A DNA stretch of 64,000 nucleotides from Lachnospiraceae bacterium. Its GTDB lineage: Bacteria > Bacillota > Clostridia > Lachnospirales > Lachnospiraceae. Positions 1 to 10,364 of this stretch are shown in pieces. Below the pieces are notes generated by a model. The model saw only the letters and a program-made list of their open reading frames with translations, was not told the DNA's origin and ran no database searches. The position numbers and the translations under genes were made by a program. The stretch spans positions 3,445 to 67,444 of the forward strand of contig JAZLJG010000186.1 in assembly GCA_045617745.1 (NCBI GenBank), given 5' to 3'. The stretch's first letter is position 1; each line of letters starts with the position of its first letter.

Positions 1-1693
1 AGGTATTACCGGATGTTGTCTGGAAGGTGCTTTCGAGAGATATGCTTTTTACACCGCAAACCGATGAAAACCAGTCAGTGTTCAGGTCGGAGGAAATGAC
101 AAAACTTATATTTGAATCATTGAGGGGAATATTTTCATCGTTAAAAACAATAAGCCTACGTTCAGTGTTTACGGGACTTCCAAGAACCCAGGTTCCCAGT
201 AGGTAAGTGTTTTGAACGTTCGGAGAAACAGTACCAAACATATTTTCAGAAGTTGAGGCAAAAATACCTGTATCAAGCAGGTATTTTTTTTCGCTATGGG
301 AAACAAGATAATTATTTATTTCTTCACGGGCAAGGCTTTGCTCAGCCATGGAAGCCTGACTGGATGAAATATCTTTCAGCTGATATATGGAAATTATTGC
401 AAGCATGAACAGGCTGATTATTACAGACGGGAATGCTGAAAACAAAGTATGTGTTTCAGAGTTGTGACTGATTACGAATAATCCCATAAACAGAATTATT
501 GCTGAAAACATAAGGGGGAAAGATATTCTTTCCGGATAGCGTCCTTTATACAGCATAAGGGCTGAAAATGACCATACATATAAATAGATTCCCGCACAAA
601 CGAAGGAGTAAAGTGTCTTTTTATTCAGGCATAAGTATACGAAAGTTATAAAAAACAGAATGTTAAATGCCCAGATGTATATTGCAGAATCAGTATTAAG
701 CATAAATGATACCGTGTCCAAGATGATTTTTCTGGGAACACTGTAATATTGCTGCCAGGAAAGAAGAAGTTCTTTCTGACGGTTGCTTAGGGCAGTAAAC
801 AGGTCTGCGCTCATATTATCAATCAGGTCAATATCATACTGCTTTAAAGCCAGAAAATCATCGGAAGAAATGCCGACATTTTCATAAAGGTCGACATTTG
901 AAGAATAATCGGGAAGCCCAAGGTAATCATAGACCTCGGTTCTTGCCTCATTGAATTTTGAAAAACTGCGCCATTCTTCAGAGGAATATGCGGCGAAGTT
1001 GATGGCGAAGGATATGACTGTTATTGCGATAAGGGGTATTGCTGTTACAAGAAAAGAGGATATCAACTGTTTAAAAGTTGCTTTTTCTGCTTTGTTGCTG
1101 AAGATACCGGTAACAAGTGACAAAAGAACCAACGGGAGAAGCATCAAAAAGACTTCTTTCCTAAGCCATAATGAAAAAGCAAGAAGGATAACAGGCACAA
1201 TTGCGTCTGTTTTCTTTTCCCGGGTTGAAGTTATCAGCCATACAGCTGCGGTTATGCTAAAGAATCCCGCCATAACAGTGTATTGATAAGCATATATATT
1301 TTTTGCGTCCAGAAGGATTATCAATACTAAAGAAATGAAAGAGAAAAACAATTTACGGGTGAATTTCTCCTGGGTATTGCCTATCCTGTATATACACAAA
1401 AGAATGCAGAAGTAATGGCCGCCGGCGGCGAAAATGGCATACCAGTCTACAGAAGGAGTGATTGAATAAAGAGAACTGAAAAACCACGATAAAGGGTACA
1501 TTATATAGACAAGATGGGATTCGGGTCTTCCCGTATATGAACCGGACATGAGATTATGTATTAAGATATCGTCGTTGGATGAAAAATAGAACTTATATTT
1601 AAAGAAGAGGCCAAAGAAGCACGCGGCAAAAATGGTGGCAATTACACAAATAACAAAGTGAAATAACTTATTTCTGAACGATTTATCGAACAT
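1..1693 (-). CDS. Polytopic membrane protein, probable GT-C-fold glycosyltransferase (partial; 3' end runs off window start)
   Basis: Not in ORF track. Read manually: ATG at 1693 preceded by GAGGGG; MFDKSFRNKLFHFVICVIATIFAACFFGLFFKYKFYFSSNDDILIHNLMSGSYTG...; the same frame is open at the window edge; NDD acidic motif right after TM1. Confidence 0.7.
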   Translation of the reverse strand, partial: MFDKSFRNKLFHFVICVIATIFAACFFGLFFKYKFYFSSNDDILIHNLMSGSYTGRPESHLVYIMYPLSWFFSSLYSITPSVDWYAIFAAGGHYFCILLCIYRIGNTQEKFTRKLFFSFISLVLIILLDAKNIYAYQYTVMAGFFSITAAVWLITSTREKKTDAIVPVILLAFSLWLRKEVFLMLLPLVLLSLVTGIFSNKAEKATFKQLISSFLVTAIPLIAITVISFAINFAAYSSEEWRSFSKFNEARTEVYDYLGLPDYSSNVDLYENVGISSDDFLALKQYDIDLIDNMSADLFTALSNRQKELLLSWQQYYSVPRKIILDTVSFMLNTDSAIYIWAFNILFFITFVYLCLNKKTLYSFVCAGIYLYVWSFSALMLYKGRYPERISFPLMFSAIILFMGLFVISHNSETHTLFSAFPSVIISLFMLAIISIYQLKDISSSQASMAEQSLAREEINNYLVSHSEKKYLLDTGIFASTSENMFGTVSPNVQNTYLLGTWVLGSPVNTERRLIVFNDENIPLNDSNISFVISSDLNTDWFSSVCGVKSISLESTFQTTSGNT

Positions 1694-1812
1694 CTTTTTC
1701 CCCTCATACCGATAATATTTATGAATTGAATATACAATAAATAAGCTAAAAAGTATAGCGAAACATAAAAATCAAAGGGTGGGTTTGAAGTCAATTAATA
1801 GAAGTTATTTGT

Positions 1813-1841
1813 TTGATAAATAATAGAATTTGTGATAGGAT
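1813..1841 (+). promoter_or_regulatory. Putative sigma-A promoter for capD-like gene
   Basis: TTGATA-17bp-TAGGAT with TG extension at 1833-1834. Confidence 0.45.
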
Positions 1842-1893
1842 TTATTGTGTTTTATTATGTCATTAGTAAACGGAAAAGACAGAGAGAAGAGAT

Positions 1894-3855
1894 ATGGCTT
1901 TTAAAAAGAAACACAGTGTTCAACATTGGGAAATAATTGCATTTTGGCTGATTTTATTTGATGTTTGCAGCATCGTTTTTTCATATTTTCTGGCATTGTG
2001 GTTTAGGTTTGACTGTAAATATTCAGCAATACCGGAGCACTATTTTGGTGCATATTTGAAATTCATTTTCTGGTATCTGATAGTTTGCGTAGTGGTGTTC
2101 TTTGCGATGAGACTGTATCAGAGTGTTTGGCGTTTTGCAAGCTATTCTGAATTGATACGTGTGGTCGCTGCCAACATTCTGACCAGTATGATTCATACAG
2201 TTTTTATTACTGCATTTGTGCTTAGAATGCCTATTTCTTACTATGTATTCGGAGCCCTTTTTCAGTTTTGCTTTACATTGGGAATTAGGTTCTCATACAG
2301 GTTTGTACTGCTACTAAAGAGTCATCGTGAGGTAAATAAGAAAAACAGCAAGCGCGTAATGATTATCGGTGCAGGTGAAGCCGGACAGATGATTTTGCGT
2401 GATATCAGACATTCCAGAAATGAAGCGGAAATGGTTTGTTGTTTCATAGATGACAATGTGAACAAGCATGGACGTTTTATTGATGGAGTCAAGGTAGTAG
2501 GCGGTATGGATTCTATACTGAGCGCTTGTGCTCAGTATCAGATAGAAAAGATTTATCTTGCGATTCCCAGTATTACAATGGCGAGGAAGCGAGAAATTCT
2601 TAATATCTGTAACGAATCCGGATGTCAGATGATGGTTTTGCCGGGGATATCCCAGCTTCGAAGCGGAAATGTTACTGTAAATTCCTTTAAAAATGTTCAG
2701 ATAGAAGACTTGTTGGGAAGAGACAGTATTAAGGTTAATCTTGATGAAATATATCATCAACTGGAGGGGAAAAGTGTACTCATTACAGGTGGAGGCGGTT
2801 CTATCGGTTCAGAGCTTGCCCGCCAAATTGCTTCACATAATCCTTATAAGTTGATTCTTTTTGATATTTATGAGAATTCTTTGTATGACATTCAACAGGA
2901 ACTTATACGCAAATTCCCTTATTTGAAATTGGAGACGCTTGTAGGGTCTGTAAGGGACAGTAGGAGAATTTTTCAGATATTTGAAACCTATAAGCCTGAT
3001 ATGGTGTTTCATGCTGCGGCTCACAAGCATGTTCCACTTATGGAAGAGAGTCCTTGCGAAGCAATTAAAAATAATGCACTTGGAACATATAAAACGGCAT
3101 ATGCTGCTATGGCGAACGGTTGTAAACGTTTTGTGCTGATAAGTACAGATAAGGCTGTTAACCCCACAAATGTTATGGGCGCCACTAAGCGAATATGTGA
3201 AATGATTATTCAGACCTTTGATGAAAAAATCAAAAAGGGTGAGGCTGAAAAAATCCCGCAATTATTTATTCATGAAGTTAAAAAAGCCAAAGACTATGAC
3301 AAGATAATGGAGAATATAAGAGCTTCTTCCACAGAATTTGTGGCTGTCAGATTTGGAAATGTTCTTGGAAGCAATGGTTCTGTTGTTCCGCTTTTTAAAA
3401 AGCAGATAGAAAATGGAGGACCGGTCACGGTAACGCATCCTGATATAGTAAGATACTTTATGACTATACCGGAAGCAGTGAGTTTGGTTTTGCAGGCTGC
3501 TTCATACGCTAAGGGTGGAGAAATCTTTGTGCTTGATATGGGTGATCCGGTTAAGATTGATACTTTGGCAAGAAATCTGATTCATTTGTTGGGTTACAAG
3601 CCGGATGTTGATATTAAGATAGAGTACACAGGTCTTCGTCCGGGGGAAAAACTGTTTGAAGAAAAATTAATGGACGAAGAAGGACTAAAAAAGACGGAAA
3701 ATGATTTGATTCATATAGCACGTCCTATAGAGATAGATTATTCGAAATTTATTGGGCAACTTAAGTTAATAATGGATGTGGCTTATAACAATGATTCGGA
3801 AATAATTGACTGCATAGGGGAAATAGTAGATACATATAAACCAAACAGAAGGTAG
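1894..3855 (+). CDS. capD: CapD/PglF-like membrane-anchored nucleoside-diphosphate-sugar 4,6-dehydratase
   Basis: 4 N-terminal TMs, IIGAGEAG, TGGGGSIG Rossmann motif, HAAAHKHVP, STDKAVNPTNVMGATK, VRFGNVLGSNGSV, GLRPGEKL. Confidence 0.92.
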   Translation: MAFKKKHSVQHWEIIAFWLILFDVCSIVFSYFLALWFRFDCKYSAIPEHYFGAYLKFIFWYLIVCVVVFFAMRLYQSVWRFASYSELIRVVAANILTSMIHTVFITAFVLRMPISYYVFGALFQFCFTLGIRFSYRFVLLLKSHREVNKKNSKRVMIIGAGEAGQMILRDIRHSRNEAEMVCCFIDDNVNKHGRFIDGVKVVGGMDSILSACAQYQIEKIYLAIPSITMARKREILNICNESGCQMMVLPGISQLRSGNVTVNSFKNVQIEDLLGRDSIKVNLDEIYHQLEGKSVLITGGGGSIGSELARQIASHNPYKLILFDIYENSLYDIQQELIRKFPYLKLETLVGSVRDSRRIFQIFETYKPDMVFHAAAHKHVPLMEESPCEAIKNNALGTYKTAYAAMANGCKRFVLISTDKAVNPTNVMGATKRICEMIIQTFDEKIKKGEAEKIPQLFIHEVKKAKDYDKIMENIRASSTEFVAVRFGNVLGSNGSVVPLFKKQIENGGPVTVTHPDIVRYFMTIPEAVSLVLQAASYAKGGEIFVLDMGDPVKIDTLARNLIHLLGYKPDVDIKIEYTGLRPGEKLFEEKLMDEEGLKKTENDLIHIARPIEIDYSKFIGQLKLIMDVAYNNDSEIIDCIGEIVDTYKPNRR

Positions 3856-3865
3856 TACTGAAGAA

Positions 3866-4492
3866 ATGTATCCTGACAAAGAAGAAGCACTAAAAGAACT
3901 GGATATTGCCGGAAAGTTGAATCCGGGCCCCTGGGTAAAGCATTCTGAAAATGTGGGAATTGCAGCAAGAAACATAGCTCACTGCATCCCCGGAATGGAC
4001 GAGGAAAAAGCATATATTCTGGGCCTTTTGCATGACATCGGAAGACGTGTGGGAATCGTGAATATTCCAAAGCATGTTTACGAGGGATACAAGTTTTGCA
4101 TGCAGAAAAACTGGGATGAGGTTGCAAGGATATGCATGACCCATTCCTATGTATTCATGAAGGATGAATTTAATTACGAACCTCAGACTCTCGAAGAGCA
4201 GGAAATAAAGAAGTATATTTTGGGCTGCGGTGAGGCTGATGATTACGATAAGCTGATACAGATGTGTGACGCTTTGGCAACCGATTACGGCTTTGTTATT
4301 TTGGAGAAAAGATTTGTGGATGTAACAAGGCGCTACGGTATTATGGAAGATTATATAAAGGGCTGGGATGTTACTTTTACCATTAAGGAAGATTTTGAGC
4401 AAAGGATGGGCTGCTCGGTATATGATGTTCTTCCGGATATAGGGAGAACAACATTGTTGTCTCCTAAACCTTGGGTGCCGAAAAGAGGGTGA
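3866..4492 (+). CDS. HD-domain phosphohydrolase
   Basis: WVKHS...GLLHDIGR...H...CDA metal-binding pattern. Confidence 0.8.
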   Translation: MYPDKEEALKELDIAGKLNPGPWVKHSENVGIAARNIAHCIPGMDEEKAYILGLLHDIGRRVGIVNIPKHVYEGYKFCMQKNWDEVARICMTHSYVFMKDEFNYEPQTLEEQEIKKYILGCGEADDYDKLIQMCDALATDYGFVILEKRFVDVTRRYGIMEDYIKGWDVTFTIKEDFEQRMGCSVYDVLPDIGRTTLLSPKPWVPKRG

Positions 4493-4587
4493 GAATGGCG
4501 CTTAAGAAAAAATGGGGAGCTTGGGACTTAATAAGGAAAACTTGAAAAGTAATGCGTTAAATCAGGGGTAATGAGTGGAGTAGTATT

Positions 4588-6315
4588 ATGGAGAAAAAAT
4601 ACAGCAGAGGCGGAATCAGCAGATATATATGGCTGATATGTGCGTTTGTTCATTGGCTTTTATCTTTTTGGTATGATCGTTATGTCTTTGAATATGGCGA
4701 TTCTTCATGGGATAATTTCTGGTCCGTTTCAAAGGATGACCGGTTCCCTAATCTTATGCAGAGTACGGTTTTGTACATATTTGGTAAGGTGTTTGCACTT
4801 TTGCTACTCTGTTTTCTTTATTATCTTTTAAAAACTTTTTTTACATCCTTAAAGAAGAAAATATTTCCCGTGTATGTGTCAGTTGCTCTGGGAATATTTT
4901 TTGCTGTCTTTATTTTTTATTATTGTTCATATTGGCCGTATAGTTTCTCTTGGCAAGACTCCTATTCATTGTACGAATTTTCGGTAAGACTTGTTCCCTG
5001 GTATTGGCATCATTTCCTTACATCTGCATGGTATGTAGGATGCCTAATGGTTTTCCCGCATCCGTTTGCCCTCTTTTTTATTCAGTTAATAGGTGTAATT
5101 GCAGTTATGCTCTATTTTTTCTACAGGATAGGAAAAAGCTTTAAAACACCGTATTGGGCACGCTTTTTAATATTGCTTATTTGTATTGTGCCTGCGACTT
5201 TTCACCTGGTTACCCAGGTGTACAGAAACTGTATATACGCCATTATTTTTATGTTTTATGTTATTTTCATTCTGTGCGAGGAGGCTGATAAGGCAGAGCT
5301 TAGTACAGGGAAAATGTTTTTGATATGCGGACTGAGTGCTTTCTTGTCGGTTTGGAGAACCGAAGGAGTTTTGGTGGGGCTTGTGGGATTGTCCCTCATG
5401 CTGTTCAAAATATATAAAATAGAGGTTTCGAAAAAAGTACTTTGCATTTTACTGTATGCGGGTTCCTTTATCCTGCTCAGCTTGCCTCAGAAAATGGGAG
5501 ATATTAAATACTATGGCAAGGACTATTACATAGTTTCCACACTGGAACCGGCTATGAATATACTTAATGATGAAAATGTCAATCTTTCATATAAGGGAGC
5601 GGAGGATGACCTGGAAGCCATAGAAGCTTATGCTCCGATAGAGTGCATCCGTTACGGGGGGATACAGGAGGTCAGAGGCTATTTTTACGAGAAAGGTCAC
5701 GAAGATTTTAACCAGTCCTTTGCTGATTACAAGGTGCAGAGTGAGTATCTAAAGGCATTTGCACGTCTGGCCATTCACAATCCGGGACCGTATATCTCAT
5801 CCCAGATGAATTTTATGCTCGGGGCAATTGGCGTTGACTGGAGATTTCAGGTAGGTGAGTTTATCGGTGAGCATGTCGAAACGAAAATTGAATATCCCTT
5901 TTATATTAAGGGGGCGGAAAGATTGCTTTCGGCTAGGGGAGTTTATCGACTGACACACAGTAAAATAAGTATGGCTGTTTTTAAAAGTGTAGAGTCTATG
6001 ACAGCTAAATACAAAAACTTTATGCAGAATGCAGGCATATCCCCCGCAATATGCATTCTTATAATACTTTTTGATTTGTTTATTTTGATGAGGGAATTGA
6101 TGCGATTCATAAAGAATAGGAGCGGTGAGAGAATAACCTATTTACTGTTTTCAATCTTATTTATTATTCAGCTTGGATTAATTACCATGACGGTTCCTTC
6201 TTCCTACAGTTTGTATTTTTACTCTGTGTTTTATCCTTGTGCTGTATTCGAGTTCATTTTTGTGTATAGTGCTAATAAGCGGACTAATACTGAATCATCA
6301 GGCAAAAATGATTAA
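4588..6315 (+). CDS. Polytopic membrane protein, probable GT-C-fold glycosyltransferase (DUF6020-like)
   Basis: Many TMs, QDS...WHHFLT loop motif, large soluble loop, glycosylation context. Confidence 0.55.
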   Translation: MEKKYSRGGISRYIWLICAFVHWLLSFWYDRYVFEYGDSSWDNFWSVSKDDRFPNLMQSTVLYIFGKVFALLLLCFLYYLLKTFFTSLKKKIFPVYVSVALGIFFAVFIFYYCSYWPYSFSWQDSYSLYEFSVRLVPWYWHHFLTSAWYVGCLMVFPHPFALFFIQLIGVIAVMLYFFYRIGKSFKTPYWARFLILLICIVPATFHLVTQVYRNCIYAIIFMFYVIFILCEEADKAELSTGKMFLICGLSAFLSVWRTEGVLVGLVGLSLMLFKIYKIEVSKKVLCILLYAGSFILLSLPQKMGDIKYYGKDYYIVSTLEPAMNILNDENVNLSYKGAEDDLEAIEAYAPIECIRYGGIQEVRGYFYEKGHEDFNQSFADYKVQSEYLKAFARLAIHNPGPYISSQMNFMLGAIGVDWRFQVGEFIGEHVETKIEYPFYIKGAERLLSARGVYRLTHSKISMAVFKSVESMTAKYKNFMQNAGISPAICILIILFDLFILMRELMRFIKNRSGERITYLLFSILFIIQLGLITMTVPSSYSLYFYSVFYPCAVFEFIFVYSANKRTNTESSGKND

Positions 6316-6432
6316 TTGGTTAAGAAACCCTTAAGGTTGAAAAAAAGGGTGAGTTTATAGTGAAAATATGGTATTATTATATTTGGTGCCTTGAGGTTTT
6401 AAGGCAGATTTGCTTATATGGGAGAACATTTT

Positions 6433-7245
6433 ATGAACAAAGAAAAAATCTTACTCTGGATACCTATGTATAACTGCGAGAAGCAGATAGTCAGAGTACT
6501 TGCCCAGCTTCAGGGAGAAGCTGAAGATTATATAGATGAAGCCATATTGGTTAATAACAGAAGTACAGACAACGGTGAACAGGCCGTTATGGATTATCTT
6601 AAGGAACACAGTTACAAGTTTCCCATAAGGCTTCTGAGAAATGATGAAAACTACGGTTTGGGTGGTTCTCATAAGGTTGCATGGCAGTATGCCATGGATC
6701 ATGGTTTTTCCCACGTTATTACTCTTCATGGTGACGATCAGGGTCATATTGCAGATATTATCCCCGTGATTAAGTCAGGAGATCACAGAAAATATGACTG
6801 TATGCTGGGTTCAAGATTTTTAAAGGACTCGGTTCTTGACGGATATTCTAAATTCAGAACATTCGGCAACCGTGTTTATAATGTAATTTTTTCCATAGCA
6901 ACACTCCTTCCCATCCGCGACCTTGGAGCGGGACTTAATATGTATAACGTAAGAATGTTTGAGGATCATCATTATATGAAATTCGCGGACAATCTTATGT
7001 TTAACTATTTTGGCGTTCTTGCGCTTAGAAGATATAAGCAGTCTTTCAAATTTTTTCCTTTAAGATGGAGCGAGGATGATCAGGTTTCAAATGTTAAGAT
7101 GATGAGCCAGGCTTTTAAGACCCTGGGAATGGTTGCAGAATCCATTTTCTGTCGAAAGAAGTTCTTTACAAGAGATCACAGAGTAAAGGCAATTGAAAAC
7201 TATTCAGCACAGGTTATTTTCAGTACAGACGGACAGGAGAAGTAA
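6433..7245 (+). CDS. GT2 glycosyltransferase, DPM/GtrB-like polyprenol-phosphate glycosyltransferase
   Basis: IPMYNCE, NNRSTD, NYGLGGSH, LHGDDQ, GSRF; start at ATG 6433 after GGAG (ORF track starts 6418). Confidence 0.85.
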   Translation: MNKEKILLWIPMYNCEKQIVRVLAQLQGEAEDYIDEAILVNNRSTDNGEQAVMDYLKEHSYKFPIRLLRNDENYGLGGSHKVAWQYAMDHGFSHVITLHGDDQGHIADIIPVIKSGDHRKYDCMLGSRFLKDSVLDGYSKFRTFGNRVYNVIFSIATLLPIRDLGAGLNMYNVRMFEDHHYMKFADNLMFNYFGVLALRRYKQSFKFFPLRWSEDDQVSNVKMMSQAFKTLGMVAESIFCRKKFFTRDHRVKAIENYSAQVIFSTDGQEK

Positions 7246-7250
7246 TCGCT

Positions 7251-7874
7251 ATGATTATTCTTGCACACAGAGGGTTTTGGACAAAACCTGAAGAAAAGAA
7301 TACTATTCCCGCATTTGAAAAGGCTTTTTCGAATGGGTACGGGATTGAAACCGACGTAAGAGACTATAAGGAAAATCTTGTTATTTCCCACAATGTGGCA
7401 GATGCTTCCTGCCCGCTTTTTACCGATATGCTTGAGGTATATAAAAGAGTCGGTAAGGATGTGCCCCTTGCACTTAATGTTAAGGCTGACGGGATTCAGC
7501 CGCTTTTGAAAAAGTACCTGGAAGAGTACAAAATCAGAAACTATTTCATGTTTGATATGTCCGTTCCGGAGCAGGTGGTATATGTTAAAGAAGGCTTTAA
7601 CACATTCACAAGACAGAGCGAGTTTGAAATTTCGCCTTCTATGTATGACAAGGCCTGCGGTGTATGGATGGATGAATTCAGCGAAGAGTGGATGAAAGAA
7701 GACTATTTTGCAGGACATCTTAAAGAGAATAAACTTATAGGAGTAATATCACCGGAAATACATGGTAATGACGAAAAGAGAATCTGGGATATGATAAAGC
7801 CTTTTACGGCTGATAACAGATTAATGCTTTGTACCGATATTCCCAAAAAGGCGGAGGCTTATTTTAATGAGTAA
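7251..7874 (+). CDS. Glycerophosphodiester phosphodiesterase-like protein
   Basis: AHRG...NT..AF...GIETDVR...ISH; C-terminal CTD.P. Confidence 0.75.
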   Translation: MIILAHRGFWTKPEEKNTIPAFEKAFSNGYGIETDVRDYKENLVISHNVADASCPLFTDMLEVYKRVGKDVPLALNVKADGIQPLLKKYLEEYKIRNYFMFDMSVPEQVVYVKEGFNTFTRQSEFEISPSMYDKACGVWMDEFSEEWMKEDYFAGHLKENKLIGVISPEIHGNDEKRIWDMIKPFTADNRLMLCTDIPKKAEAYFNE

Positions 7875-8505
7875 GATTAAAGCGATACTGTTTGATATGG
7901 ACGGAGTGCTTATCGATGCCAGAGACTGGCATTATGAAGCCCTTAACAGAGCTTTGAGACTGTTCGGACATGAAATAACCAGATATGACCACATACATAA
8001 TTTCGACGGCCTTCCCACCAGGGACAAATTGAAACTGATAAGTGAAGAATCATATCTTCCTGAGAGCCTGCATGGCTTTATTAACGAATTGAAGCAGCAG
8101 TATACACGTGAGGAAATTGAAATGAAGTGTAAGCCTGTTTTCCAGCACGAGTATGCTCTTTCCAAACTTAAAAATGAGGGATACAAACTTGCAGTATGCT
8201 CCAATTCCATTCGTGAAACAATTGAGAATATGATGAAAAAGGCTTCTTTGATGGAATATCTTTCACTTATTATGTCCAATGAAGACGTAGTGAAAGCCAA
8301 ACCGAATCCGGAGATATATGTTAAAGCTATGGAAATGCTGGATTTGAAGCCTGACGAGTGTCTGATTCTTGAAGACAATAAAAACGGTATCAAGGCTGCC
8401 ATAGACAGCGGAGCACATTTATTAAGAGTAAACGATATTTATGATGTGAATTATTCCAATATCAAGAACCGTATCAGAGAGATAGAAGGAGGCATTAATG
8501 GTTAA
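7867..8505 (+). CDS. HAD-superfamily phosphatase (beta-PGM-like)
   Basis: FDMDGVLID motif I, CSNS, KPNPEIY, LEDN. Confidence 0.88.
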   Translation: MSKIKAILFDMDGVLIDARDWHYEALNRALRLFGHEITRYDHIHNFDGLPTRDKLKLISEESYLPESLHGFINELKQQYTREEIEMKCKPVFQHEYALSKLKNEGYKLAVCSNSIRETIENMMKKASLMEYLSLIMSNEDVVKAKPNPEIYVKAMEMLDLKPDECLILEDNKNGIKAAIDSGAHLLRVNDIYDVNYSNIKNRIREIEGGING

Positions 8506-9232
8506 TATATTGATTCCTTCCTGCAGTAATTCAGAGTTTTTTGCAGACAGTTATTATCCCAAAACACTTTATGAAGTTAATGGAAAACCCATGATTCAGA
8601 GAGTAACGGATACTTTTGTAAATCTTCGCGGAAGCCATTTTGTCTACATGTTCCTTCAGGCTGAATGTAACAAGTTTCACACAGATAATGTTGTGTCAAT
8701 TCTTACGAATCATTCATCAGACATAATCAGGCTCAAAGAAACAACCGGTGGAGCACTTTGCACATGCCTTATGGCAGATGAATATATCAATAATGATGAT
8801 GAACTTATCATCAGTAACAATGATCAGGTTATTGATGCGGATTTTAATGAAATTCTTGATTCCTTCAGAAAAAAAGACGCGGACTGTGGTGTAGTATGCT
8901 TTGAAACTCTTCATCCCCGCTGGTCTTATGTACGTTTCGAGGGTGATGATGTAGTGGAAGCTGCGGAGAAACGTCCTGTTTCAAATAAGGCTATAGCAGG
9001 TATCTACTATTTTAAAAAGGGTTCATTCTTTACTGAAGCAGCCAAGAATGCCATCAGAAAGGGCAGTATGCACGATGGCAGATTTTATCTTACCGCTGCT
9101 GTAAACGAGATGATTCTTAAGAACAAAAAGGTAAAAAAGTATGATATTGAAAACGCACAGTATCATTCACTTTTTACACCCGAAAGAATTCGTTTGTATG
9201 AAGAAGAATGCAGAAAGAAAGCGGAAATATAA
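8498..9232 (+). CDS. Sugar nucleotidyltransferase-like protein (BcbE-like), N-terminal motif degenerate
   Basis: YPKTLYEVNGKPMI, TGGALCT, NNDQ, AEKRPVS, AGIYYF; IPSCSNS replaces IPMAGxG. Confidence 0.75.
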   Translation: MVNILIPSCSNSEFFADSYYPKTLYEVNGKPMIQRVTDTFVNLRGSHFVYMFLQAECNKFHTDNVVSILTNHSSDIIRLKETTGGALCTCLMADEYINNDDELIISNNDQVIDADFNEILDSFRKKDADCGVVCFETLHPRWSYVRFEGDDVVEAAEKRPVSNKAIAGIYYFKKGSFFTEAAKNAIRKGSMHDGRFYLTAAVNEMILKNKKVKKYDIENAQYHSLFTPERIRLYEEECRKKAEI

Positions 9233-9263
9233 GCTTTGGTATTCTTTTGAGAAGGGGGAGAAA

Positions 9264-9590
9264 ATGAAGGTATCAAATTTGTCTGAGATGAAGGGCGGCT
9301 GGTTTGTAGGTAATTTTGAACCCACACTTATTAAAACCACAGATGTGGAAGTGGCAGTGAAAAGCTACAAAAAGGGTGATCACGAAGCAGCCCATTTTCA
9401 TAAGATAGCTACAGAACTTACCTGTATCGTCGAGGGTGAAGTGCAGATGTTCGGACAGGTTTTTAAAGCCGGGGATATTGTTATTGTTGAACCGGGAGAT
9501 GCTACGGATTTTACTGCTCTTACGGATGCCAAGAATGTTGTGGTGAAATATCCCGGAGCAAATAACGACAAATATCTTGTAGAAGAATAA
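9264..9590 (+). CDS. Small cupin-domain protein
   Basis: ATG 9264 after GGGGAG; GWFVGNF, HFHK..TE, GDI..VEPG cupin motifs. Confidence 0.75.
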   Translation: MKVSNLSEMKGGWFVGNFEPTLIKTTDVEVAVKSYKKGDHEAAHFHKIATELTCIVEGEVQMFGQVFKAGDIVIVEPGDATDFTALTDAKNVVVKYPGANNDKYLVEE

Positions 9591-9608
9591 AGAACGTGAG
9601 GACTGAAA

Positions 9609-10349
9609 ATGATTAATATAGTAATTCCCATGGCCGGAAGAGGAAGCAGGTTCGCAAATGTAGGATACAAGCTTCCCAAACCACTTATCGAAGTTCACGG
9701 AAAACCTATGATTGAGTTTGTAACTCATAATATTGCACCCAAGGGTGAGTACAGGTTTATATATCTTTGCCTTCAGGAGCATCTTGATAAGTACGATCTG
9801 GAAAAAAGACTTAAGGCAATCGAGCCTTCATGTGTAGTAGTTCCCGTGGACCATGTAACCGAGGGAGCTGCATGTACGGTTCTTTTGGCTGAAAAGTACA
9901 TAGATAACGACGATCCCATGATGATAGCGAATTCGGATCAGTATGTGGATATTGATATAAACGAATATATCGAAGCCATGGGTAAAGCGGACGGCCTTAT
10001 TATGACAATGTTTGCCGACGATCCCAAGTGGTCCTTTATTAAATTCGATGAGAATGGCTTTGTTACAATGGTCAGGGAAAAAGAAGTCATTTCCAATGAG
10101 GCTACAGTCGGAATATATAATTTTGCACATGGTTCTGACTTTGTTAAGTACGCACATCAGATGATTGACAAGAACATACGTGTAAACAATGAATTCTATG
10201 TTGCTCCGGTTTATAACGAAATGATTGAAGCGGGCGGTAAGATTGTTTATCACAATATAGGTTCTGCAGATAACGGAATGTACGGCCTTGGAATTCCGGA
10301 GGATTTGAGCAGATTCCTTGAAAATCCCCTTTCTTATCCCAACTGGTAA
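9609..10349 (+). CDS. Sugar nucleotidyltransferase-like protein (BcbE-like)
   Basis: VIPMAGRGSRF...PKPLI, TEGAACT, NSDQ, REKEVIS, GIYNF, GIPEDL. Confidence 0.85.
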   Translation: MINIVIPMAGRGSRFANVGYKLPKPLIEVHGKPMIEFVTHNIAPKGEYRFIYLCLQEHLDKYDLEKRLKAIEPSCVVVPVDHVTEGAACTVLLAEKYIDNDDPMMIANSDQYVDIDINEYIEAMGKADGLIMTMFADDPKWSFIKFDENGFVTMVREKEVISNEATVGIYNFAHGSDFVKYAHQMIDKNIRVNNEFYVAPVYNEMIEAGGKIVYHNIGSADNGMYGLGIPEDLSRFLENPLSYPNW

Positions 10350-10364
10350 AAGGCAGGGGACAGC

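Noticed and set aside
951-1286. 111-aa plus-strand ORF
   Set aside because: Antisense shadow of the long minus-strand membrane protein gene starting at 1693.
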